DNA from: a virus | Strand: one strand, 5' to 3' | Virus record (IMG/VR): IMGVR_UViG_3300047491_001507 | Length of the DNA stretch: 64,000 nt | Shown here: positions 56,493 through 64,000 of the stretch, one piece after another | Numbering within the stretch: the stretch's first letter is position 1 | How the letters are laid out: each line of letters starts with the position of its first letter | Notes under the pieces: model-generated | Database searches by the model: none | Told to the model about the DNA's origin: nothing | What the model saw: the letters and a program-made list of their open reading frames with translations, nothing else | Position numbers and translations under genes: made by a program

Positions 56493-57056
56493 ATGTCAGA
56501 ATTAGAAGGATCACCTTGGTTTTGGAGGATTTTTGGCGGTGCAATCCTCAGTCTTCTCACTATTCTTTTTGTCACGCTCTTTAATATAATCCATACCTCA
56601 AACGAAAGAGCTAACTCTGATATTCTTGCCACAATTCAAGAAATTAAAGTTGACTTACGTGCTATCAATTCAGAAATTAAAGAACAAGAACAAAAATTAT
56701 TAAAAATAGACAGCAATGCACTAAAAGAGTCTATTACCAGTTTAGAAAAAAAGTTTAATGATATCGATACCGACACAAAGAATCGCAACGAACGTCTGGC
56801 TTCTTTAGAAACAGCACTTACAAATATCAAAGAACAAATCGCTGCGGATAAAACCGACAAAAACAATACGGATTATAAAAATCTTTATGAGCGGGTTGTA
56901 GCACTGGAATTAGAGTTGAAACAATTAAAAGAAAAATCCGGTCAAGTTCAATCCACTGCTGAAGCCAAAAAAACTATGTTGTTAGAAAAAAATACAGATA
57001 AAAATAAGCCTTTATCCAATGTTCCTATCCTTAAAAATTTACCGCTCAAACAATAG
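56493..57056 (+). CDS. membrane-anchored coiled-coil protein (N-terminal TM helix plus long coiled coil; i-spanin-like architecture)
   Basis: FWRIFGGAILSLLTILFVTLFNII TM segment, then heptad-rich EIKVDLRAINSEIKEQEQKLLKIDSNALKESITSLEKKFNDID... Confidence 0.4.
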   Translation: MSELEGSPWFWRIFGGAILSLLTILFVTLFNIIHTSNERANSDILATIQEIKVDLRAINSEIKEQEQKLLKIDSNALKESITSLEKKFNDIDTDTKNRNERLASLETALTNIKEQIAADKTDKNNTDYKNLYERVVALELELKQLKEKSGQVQSTAEAKKTMLLEKNTDKNKPLSNVPILKNLPLKQ

Positions 57057-57064
57057 ATACATGC

Positions 57065-57370
57065 ATGAATTTTAAGAGTTGGTTAGAGCAAAAAGAAGAA
57101 CCTATCTATTGCTTATGGCGAGAATATAAAGATTATGGAGAAATACACATTCTCCTAAGCAATATCCGACATATATTTGCTGCAAATCTAGATAATTTTT
57201 ATAACAAAAGAGACTTTGCTTCATGGAGAAAACAAAGCAAGATTCCCAATGCAAAATGGGTAGTTTGGCACAGAATTCAAGATGCTGTAGATCAAGGCTG
57301 GGTAGAACAAATAGAACCCAAAAAGCCTCCAAAAAAAGAAAGCCCTTTTAAACAAAAAAGACTTTTCTAA
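57065..57370 (+). CDS. small protein with targeting-like N-terminus (MNFKSWLEQKEE)
   Basis: N-terminal motif. Confidence 0.35.
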   Translation: MNFKSWLEQKEEPIYCLWREYKDYGEIHILLSNIRHIFAANLDNFYNKRDFASWRKQSKIPNAKWVVWHRIQDAVDQGWVEQIEPKKPPKKESPFKQKRLF

Positions 57371-57792
57371 TTATTGCTGCCAAAAACTACACACCAATAA
57401 ATTGTGTCGTTCTTATTGGTGGCAACTCCTACTCCCATATATTCAAATTTCGAATTTAGAATATTTCTACGATGTCCAGTAGAGCCCATCCAGGATTTCA
57501 TAACATCATTTTCTGTTTTTTGCCCAAAAGCAATGTTTTCGCCTCTGGTCTTAAAGTCAAAATTTAAATTTGAGTGTACCATCAATCCCTTTGTCGCCAT
57601 CCATTCTGCATGTTTTTGTGCAAATAAAGACAAAGAATCATCTAATTCTAGTGTTTTAATGTTTTTAGATGCTCTTTCTTTATTGTGTAAATATTGCACA
57701 TAGGTCTTGTTGACATCGACCTGTCTTACCTGGAAATGTTGGCTACAACCCACAAACAACAATAAAATTAACAAAAAGATTTTCTTTATCAT
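57367..57792 (-). CDS. CAP/SCP (PR-1-like, YkwD-type) domain lipoprotein
   Basis: Signal peptide plus lipobox-like MIKKIFLLILLLFVGC; CAP motifs HNKERA, GENIAFG, GHRRNILNSKFEYMGVG, YWCVVFG. Confidence 0.55.
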   Translation of the reverse strand: MIKKIFLLILLLFVGCSQHFQVRQVDVNKTYVQYLHNKERASKNIKTLELDDSLSLFAQKHAEWMATKGLMVHSNLNFDFKTRGENIAFGQKTENDVMKSWMGSTGHRRNILNSKFEYMGVGVATNKNDTIYWCVVFGSNN

Positions 57793-57822
57793 ATTTGTAT
57801 TTATTATCCACTACATATTTAT

Positions 57823-58191
57823 ATGTTAAATCCTGTTCCATCACACTGGTATAATTCTCCGTATTATATTCCAGAAGGTGCCCCCGTCCCTTCAGGTGGA
57901 AATTATACTCCTGAAAATGTAGCCTGGGTCATAGAATTATTCGCTCAGGTTCTTGAAAAAGACAAAACAGAATTAAGATTTTGTTATCCAAATAATACAG
58001 AAGACGTTCCAGAAGACGATATACTCGTTGATCACCCTAATGATAAAAATTACTTGCCAGCATTACGATATAAATTAGCAACTACACCAAAAAGCAAGGA
58101 ATTACTAAGATATGAAGCTGCGGCCAAAAAATCTTCAATTCTTAAATTATATGAAGAAAACTCTCCAGCCGGTATAAAATACTTCCAATAG
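57823..58191 (+). CDS. hypothetical protein
   Basis: ORF track. Confidence 0.3.
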   Translation: MLNPVPSHWYNSPYYIPEGAPVPSGGNYTPENVAWVIELFAQVLEKDKTELRFCYPNNTEDVPEDDILVDHPNDKNYLPALRYKLATTPKSKELLRYEAAAKKSSILKLYEENSPAGIKYFQ

Positions 58192-58198
58192 GTGGTTT

Positions 58199-59230
58199 AT
58201 GTCAATTTTATTCATTTGCAAAAAACGCATTGATTATGGATGCAATCAAAGTGGTGTTGCTTATGGCTTAGGCAATTCTGCACAATTTATTGTCAATTAT
58301 CTTAACAAACAACATATCGAAGCAAAATTGGTATTTGCTGATGATGCAAATAGCATCGATAGATTAGTAACCGAATTTAACCCAGAATACGTCATTATTG
58401 AGGCGATTTGGGTGACTGCCAAAAAATTTCAAGAACTTCTTGCCATTCCTCGTCATCAAAATCGTGTTTGGATCGTTCGCTTACATAGTCGATTGTCTTT
58501 TTTGGCCAATGAAGGAATTGCTATTAAATGGCTTATGGAATATAAAGAAACAGTAATGCAGGATTACGATTTCTGGATTTCTCCAAATACCTACGAATTG
58601 GCTTGTGATTTACACGATTTGGGAATGCGATGCGTTTATCTTCCCAACATTTACTCGCCAATGGAAGGTTTTGATAATCCAAACAAAAAATTCAACAGAA
58701 TTTTAGACGTTGGATGCTTTGGAGCCGTTCGGCCTATGAAAAATAACCTTGCACAAGCGATGGCAGCGATAAAATTTGCCGATGATTTGAATATGCACAT
58801 GCGATTTCATATCAATTCTTCTCGGACAGAACAAAATGGAGATGCTGTTCTGAAAAATATTAGAGCCTTATTTTCAGATAGTTCCCATGAATTAGTCGAA
58901 CATAGCTGGCAAAAACACCATGATTTCTTGAATCTTGTTCGACAAATGGATATCGGCATGCAAGTCAGTTTCAGTGAAACATTCAATATCGTTGCAAGTG
59001 ATTTTGTACACTGTAATGTGCCAATTGTCGTTTCTCAACAAATCGACTGGATGCCTTTCTGGACAAAAGTCAAAGATCCTAATAGCACCGAAGAAATTAG
59101 AGATAAATTACACTTTGTTATGGCCACAAGCTGGCTGGGGTTACATAGATTAAATAAACAATGGCTGGACTACTCTAATTCAAATGCTGGAAGAGAATGG
59201 CTACAATTCCTAAATACTTCTAATGTTTAG
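58199..59230 (+). CDS. hypothetical protein (possibly a glycosyltransferase-like alpha/beta protein)
   Basis: ORF track; no clear signature. Confidence 0.3.
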   Translation: MSILFICKKRIDYGCNQSGVAYGLGNSAQFIVNYLNKQHIEAKLVFADDANSIDRLVTEFNPEYVIIEAIWVTAKKFQELLAIPRHQNRVWIVRLHSRLSFLANEGIAIKWLMEYKETVMQDYDFWISPNTYELACDLHDLGMRCVYLPNIYSPMEGFDNPNKKFNRILDVGCFGAVRPMKNNLAQAMAAIKFADDLNMHMRFHINSSRTEQNGDAVLKNIRALFSDSSHELVEHSWQKHHDFLNLVRQMDIGMQVSFSETFNIVASDFVHCNVPIVVSQQIDWMPFWTKVKDPNSTEEIRDKLHFVMATSWLGLHRLNKQWLDYSNSNAGREWLQFLNTSNV

Positions 59231-59294
59231 ATAAATTTGTAACTAAATTAAGTAAATAATAAGGGACTATTCCAAACATTAAAAAGGTGCAAAT

Positions 59295-62200
59295 ATGACA
59301 GGCCATTCAGCTACAGGGACAGGATCTGGTTCAGCAGAAGGTCCACTCAGGATGTTTCAAAATCTAGACTGGACTCGTAAAATAAGAAGTCTTCAAGGCT
59401 CACAAATTGGAGATGGTAGACTTACTACAAGTGAACTCTATGCATTGCAAGGAACGACTGGCAATATTCAGCAACAAATTACAGAAATTGCTGCTGTGAC
59501 CAATCCCCAAAACATTATTAATGTGTCAGATAATGGCAATTATACGTCTATTGCAGCGGCTTGTGCTAGCATTACAGATGCAACGGAAAACAATCCGTAT
59601 GTTGTAAAAGTTGCTCCTGGTGTTTATGAAGAACCATTAATCGAAATTCCAGAATTTGTGCATGTTATCAGCGAACATATCGATGCTGTAATTGTTCGAC
59701 CAGATGGTAACCATCATGTGTTTCAATTAAATGAAAATAGCGGTTTGGTTAATTTAACTATTGAAAATGCCCCTTCAGGATATGCTGGGGTTTATTCTTA
59801 TGATGTTGGCAATTTTTGTTTGATGCATAAAGTAACTATTAGAGATTGTGATTATGGAATTTTACACCAATCCGATTCTGTAGATTCGTATTTATTTGCA
59901 GAATATGTGGATTTTACTGATTGTAATGTTGTTGTCAAATCACATAATGTAAGTGACAAGTTGGCCCTTGTGCATGCTGAGAATTTGTATTTTGAATATT
60001 CTGCTTCCAATTCCGCTAATGCTGTAATTGTAGATGGAAGTTCAGCAGAAATTAGAATAATGTTGGCGAGTTGCATAGGAGCCGACAGAGCAGGAAATGC
60101 GTTTTTAGTTACTAATGGCGGAAGATTGGAAATTTCTTCGGCTCATATTGAAAGTTTTAATAGAGGCATTTATGCAGACACAACCTCTGGAAATCCTTTT
60201 TTGGCTTTGTCAGATGTCAGTTTCGGAGTAACCAACTACAATAACACTAATTTGGAAGTTGCCAATGCAAATGCTAGTGGAATCTTCACTGGATATACAG
60301 ATCACTCCAAAACAATCATTAACAAGTCTAATACATTTTTTATAACTAACAAAGACGAACGAACTATTGTTGTAGCTAAAAAAGGTGGAGATTTCGATTC
60401 TGTCGAAGACGCTGTAAATTCTATTACAGATAGCGATTATGATAATCGATATAATGTTTATGTAGGTCCTGGGGTTTATTTAGAAGACGCCATTACTTGT
60501 AAAAATTATGTATCAATTACTGGAGACGAAACCAGATCTACCATCATAGAACTCAAAGATGGAAATGATTATTTGTTTGAAATTCCTGATGATGTAAATG
60601 TCACTTTAAGAAAGTTGATGTTAAGGCCCAATAAGACGGGTGTTGCTGCAATTAAATATCGTGGTGGTGTGGTACGCCTCAACCAATTAAGATTCGGAAC
60701 CGACGATGACACATACACCAGTATTTGCGTAGATGCCTCAGAAGTCACTGGAGATGAAAATTCACTGAATATTTCGGATTGTTCTACGGCTAGAGTGTTT
60801 AAATGCCCATTGATTTTCAAGTTTTCTGACGATGGCACTCATGATTTAGATGTTGTTGTTTCAGATTTTGTTAGCAATGATGCCGCAAATGGCATTACAA
60901 ATGTTGCAGAAATTGGCATTGTCACAGGAGGTGCTAGAGGAACTTCTACAGAAGTTCAATTTGTTAGTTGTACATTTGTAGGAGATGGAACTGGAACCTG
61001 CTTTAAAATAGGTGATGGATGTGATTTCCATCTAATGAGTTCAACTATTGTTGATTTTGATAAAGGAATTCATGTTGTCAATGAAGGTAATGCCCCAGAA
61101 CTGGAAGCAGTGGGAAATCTTGTTTATGATAATGTGAATTATGATATTTTAGTTGAACACGCAGGAACAAACGGATCATTATCAGTAACTACTATATTAG
61201 ACAAAGTATCTATTCCTGATACGTGCCCACTTGCTGTTTTAATACAAGACGAAGAAACCGGAGCCTTAGCTGTCTCTGGTGATTTTTACCAAGGTGGTTC
61301 CTTCAGTAAATTAACCAATATGACCGATGTCATGACCAAATCTCCAGCTTGTGGTGTGACCAGTGGCGGTGAAATTACTATAGCGTCTGGTAGATTATTA
61401 GATGTAGCAGCAGGAACTGGTTACGTACAAGTCACTGATTTAGATGGTGTAACCCATATACAACATGTTTCATGGGATGCTGTCACAAATTTAGAAGCCC
61501 CTGCCAATGCCAATACAAGTATTTATGTAAATTCTAGTGGGGTTGTTGGAACGTTAGCTGGAACTGGCTCTGTGGATTTCTTTACCCAAATCTTTTTAGG
61601 CAGAGTAGCTACTGATGCATCCGATGTAGTGGTTTTAGTAGATTCTTATCGAGATGCAGTAGCCTCCTCCACAAAGTACGATAAATTATTTAGACTGTAT
61701 TTAGGTCCGATTTTCCGTTCAGGTTCTATTGTTACTGCAAATAATCGTAAACTTAATGTGACTTCGGGCGATTATGCCAATTCTACGACCATTGTGAAGC
61801 CAAGCGGTGGAACCCCAGTTACTTTCTCGACTTGGTATCGTAATGGGGCATACCACACTATTACCTCTAGCCAAACAGATGTTCCTAATGGACACTATGA
61901 TGACGGAACAGGAACACTTCATGCACTAACTGATGCTTATTTTGTTAAACATACGCTATACACTTGTGGACAAGGATCAACAGAAAGATACTTTTTGGTG
62001 TATGGCCAGGAAGAATTTGCTTCCGAAGAAGCAGCAATTGCAGGCGGTTTACCTATAGCTCCTGCGGCATTAGGTGCTAGTATTGCTTTAATCGCAGCAG
62101 TGATTATACAGAAATCAGCCTCTGCTATTAGTCAAGTTATTGATTTAAGACCAACTTTGGTTACAAGAGCCGCTACCGTTACCTCTACAACTGTACATGG

Positions 62201-64000
62201 TAATCTATCAGGTCTTGATGCTAATGATCATCCACAATACTTACTGAAAAATGGCACAGCAGCCATGACGGGTCCTCTAGATATGGGAACTCAAGCCATT
62301 ACTAATGTGGGAAATGTGGATGGGGTGGATGTTTCTGGTCATGCTTCCAGACATTTACCTGGAGGGGCTGATGCCCTTACAACAGATGCTCCTACTGCCA
62401 ACCTTTCTGCACTTTCCACGAATCAAGCTGGTGTACAGGCTAAATTTGCTAGAAGCGATCATTGGCACGCAATTACAGCCTATTCGGATGGAACTGTAAG
62501 TGGATTGGTCAAGTTAGACTCCAATGGAGATTTTGCTGCTCGTAGAATTACCGCTGATCTTATTGGTAATGTCACAGGTAATGTTACGGGCGATGTCACA
62601 GGCGATGTTACAGGTGACGTTACAGGTAATTTAACTGGTAATGTCACAGGCGATGTTACAGGTGACGTTACAGGTAATGTCAGTGGAACTGCTGCTAATA
62701 TTACAGGTGTTGCTGCTATTGCAAATGGCGGAACAGGATCATCTACTGCTTTAAACAATAACAGAATTGTTATCAGTAGTGCTGATAAAATTGTAGAAGC
62801 TTCGGCTATTACAACAAATCGAGCATTGGTTTCAAATGTTAGCGGAATTCCAGTGGCTTCCACTACAACCAGTACTGAATTGGGATATGTTGCTGGTGTT
62901 ACAAGTAGTGTTCAGGACCAATTAAATGCAAAACAAGCCACCATTACAGGTGCTGCTAGTACTGTTACATCTTCTGATTTGACAGCAAGTCGTGCTGTAA
63001 TTGCGAATGCTTCTGGCAAAATAGCCGTTTCTGCAACAACCAGTACGGAATTAGGCTATGTTTCAGGTGTGACTGGAGCCATTCAAACACAACTTAATGG
63101 CAAACAGGCTACCATTACTGGTGGTGCCAGTACTATTACGTCTTCTGATTTAACAGCGGATCATGCTTTAGTTGCAGACAGTTCTGGTAAAGTAGCTGTT
63201 TCGGCAGTAACTAGTACCGAATTAGGCTATGTTTCAGGTGTAACTGGAGCCATTCAGACGCAACTTAATGGCAAACAAGCTACCATTACAGGTGGTGCCA
63301 GTACTATTACCGTGTCTGATTTAACGGCAAATCGTGCTGTAATTGCAAATGCTTCTGGCAAAGTAGCTGTTTCTGCAACAACCAGTACCGAATTGGGCTA
63401 TGTTGCAGGCGTAACTGGAGCTATTCAAACACAATTAAATAATAAACAGGCTACCATTACAGGTGCTGCAACGACCATTACATCTTCTGATTTGACAGCA
63501 GATCGTGCTTTAACTTCAGATTCTCTTGGCAAGGTAGCTGTTTCTGCAACAACCAGTGCTGAATTAGGTTATGTTGCAGGCGTAACTGGAGCCATTCAAA
63601 CGCAACTTAATGGTAAAGAAAATACCATTACCGGTGCTGCTAGTACTATTACGTCTTCTGATTTAACAGCGAATCGTGCTGTGCTTACAAATGTTTCTGG
63701 AAAAATAGCCGTTTCGGCTACAACTGGTACTGAATTAGGTTATGTTTCGGGTGTAACCGGAGCCATTCAAACACAATTAAATAATAAACAGGCTACCATT
63801 ACTGGTGCTGCTAGTACCATTACATCTTCTAATTTGACAGTGGATCGTGCTTTGGTTGCAGATGCTTCTGGGAAGGTGGCTGTTTCAGCAGTAACTAGTA
63901 CTGAATTAGGTTATTTGAGTGGAGTTACCAGTAATATTCAAGATCAGCTTAATGCATCATCTGGATCTACTGTTTCGGTGGTGACCGCAGCAACTGCTAC
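59295..64000 (+). CDS. tail fibre / tailspike protein, partial (runs off the window end): two pectin-lyase-like beta-helix regions, then Ser/Thr-rich tandem repeats
   Basis: ATG 59295 with SD aaggtg; no stop in frame 0 to the window end (ORF not in the track because it is unterminated); NPYVVKVAPGVYEE and RYNVYVGPGVYLED are classic beta-helix openings; VTG[DN] 4-aa repeats; 57-aa repeats ITG(A/G)ASTITSSDLTA..AVIANASGKVAVSATTSTELGYV.GVTGAIQTQLNGKQAT. Confidence 0.6.
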   Translation, partial: MTGHSATGTGSGSAEGPLRMFQNLDWTRKIRSLQGSQIGDGRLTTSELYALQGTTGNIQQQITEIAAVTNPQNIINVSDNGNYTSIAAACASITDATENNPYVVKVAPGVYEEPLIEIPEFVHVISEHIDAVIVRPDGNHHVFQLNENSGLVNLTIENAPSGYAGVYSYDVGNFCLMHKVTIRDCDYGILHQSDSVDSYLFAEYVDFTDCNVVVKSHNVSDKLALVHAENLYFEYSASNSANAVIVDGSSAEIRIMLASCIGADRAGNAFLVTNGGRLEISSAHIESFNRGIYADTTSGNPFLALSDVSFGVTNYNNTNLEVANANASGIFTGYTDHSKTIINKSNTFFITNKDERTIVVAKKGGDFDSVEDAVNSITDSDYDNRYNVYVGPGVYLEDAITCKNYVSITGDETRSTIIELKDGNDYLFEIPDDVNVTLRKLMLRPNKTGVAAIKYRGGVVRLNQLRFGTDDDTYTSICVDASEVTGDENSLNISDCSTARVFKCPLIFKFSDDGTHDLDVVVSDFVSNDAANGITNVAEIGIVTGGARGTSTEVQFVSCTFVGDGTGTCFKIGDGCDFHLMSSTIVDFDKGIHVVNEGNAPELEAVGNLVYDNVNYDILVEHAGTNGSLSVTTILDKVSIPDTCPLAVLIQDEETGALAVSGDFYQGGSFSKLTNMTDVMTKSPACGVTSGGEITIASGRLLDVAAGTGYVQVTDLDGVTHIQHVSWDAVTNLEAPANANTSIYVNSSGVVGTLAGTGSVDFFTQIFLGRVATDASDVVVLVDSYRDAVASSTKYDKLFRLYLGPIFRSGSIVTANNRKLNVTSGDYANSTTIVKPSGGTPVTFSTWYRNGAYHTITSSQTDVPNGHYDDGTGTLHALTDAYFVKHTLYTCGQGSTERYFLVYGQEEFASEEAAIAGGLPIAPAALGASIALIAAVIIQKSASAISQVIDLRPTLVTRAATVTSTTVHGNLSGLDANDHPQYLLKNGTAAMTGPLDMGTQAITNVGNVDGVDVSGHASRHLPGGADALTTDAPTANLSALSTNQAGVQAKFARSDHWHAITAYSDGTVSGLVKLDSNGDFAARRITADLIGNVTGNVTGDVTGDVTGDVTGNLTGNVTGDVTGDVTGNVSGTAANITGVAAIANGGTGSSTALNNNRIVISSADKIVEASAITTNRALVSNVSGIPVASTTTSTELGYVAGVTSSVQDQLNAKQATITGAASTVTSSDLTASRAVIANASGKIAVSATTSTELGYVSGVTGAIQTQLNGKQATITGGASTITSSDLTADHALVADSSGKVAVSAVTSTELGYVSGVTGAIQTQLNGKQATITGGASTITVSDLTANRAVIANASGKVAVSATTSTELGYVAGVTGAIQTQLNNKQATITGAATTITSSDLTADRALTSDSLGKVAVSATTSAELGYVAGVTGAIQTQLNGKENTITGAASTITSSDLTANRAVLTNVSGKIAVSATTGTELGYVSGVTGAIQTQLNNKQATITGAASTITSSNLTVDRALVADASGKVAVSAVTSTELGYLSGVTSNIQDQLNASSGSTVSVVTAATA
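62565..62688 (+). repeat. about 10 tandem 12-bp coding repeats (GDVT/GNVT units)
   Basis: ggtaatgtcaca ggtaatgttacg ggcgatgtcaca ggcgatgttaca ... read directly. Confidence 0.7.
62770..63966 (+). repeat. 6-7 tandem 171-bp (57-aa) coding repeats in the fibre gene
   Basis: accattacNggtg...gcNagtact units starting 62941, 63112, 63283, 63454, 63625, 63796 (exact 171-bp period) plus a divergent unit upstream. Confidence 0.8.

Noticed and set aside
62480-62863. Minus-strand 127-aa ORF (PVTSPVTSPVT...) within the fibre gene
   Set aside because: Antisense reading of the 12-bp VTG[DN] repeat. The plus-strand frame is continuous with the long beta-helix ORF.
62770-63966. Possible CRISPR-like or satellite array
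   Set aside because: The repeats are an exact 171 bp (multiple of 3) and in frame within a long ORF. There are no unique spacers between short direct repeats, so these are coding tandem repeats.

Overview
Dense, AT-rich (about 35% GC) coding window with genes on both strands and no rRNA, tRNA or CRISPR that I can see. I read it as a fragment of a large T4-like contractile-tailed phage (possibly a jumbo phage), not a bacterial chromosome. Phage marks: a 790-aa tail sheath with the canonical C-terminal sheath domain, followed by three gp19-like tube paralogs; a gp15-like neck/terminator candidate just upstream; a 180-aa sigma-70-region-2-only protein resembling the T4 late sigma gp55 (the reading frame opens at TTG behind a GGAGG); SbcC/SbcD-like (gp46/gp47-type) recombination nucleases; two HNH endonucleases, a LAGLIDADG endonuclease and a zinc-ribbon-repeat endonuclease. 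Auxiliary metabolism: ribonucleotide reductase (probably class II), CTP synthase, a class-II glutamine amidotransferase, a family-4 uracil-DNA glycosylase, methionine aminopeptidase, Hsp20, a KamA-family radical-SAM lysine 2,3-aminomutase convergent with a GNAT acetyltransferase, a 2H phosphoesterase and a HAD phosphatase. There are several GT-B (GT9/heptosyltransferase-like) glycosyltransferases, one fused to TPR repeats, and SAM methyltransferases. The 3' end holds a long partial beta-helix tail-fibre/spike ORF with 171-bp tandem coding repeats. Two signals stand out. (1) Five tandem paralogs (22593-31202, about 570 aa each) form a multigene family. (2) About 15 unrelated proteins, including all five paralogs, share an N-terminus of the form M-x-(x)-F-K-x-[FW]-[LI]-x-x-E that ends in a [LIVF]-x-E site. 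This resembles the T4 capsid-targeting sequence and prohead-protease cleavage motif, which would make these proteins capsid-packaged, ejected proteins. A CTAAATA(A) motif recurs upstream of several of these genes and of the sheath gene, a candidate late promoter matching the gp55-like sigma. Every function below is inferred from motifs I read in the translations; the T4 comparisons rest on my recollection of those proteins and need HHpred/BLAST confirmation.
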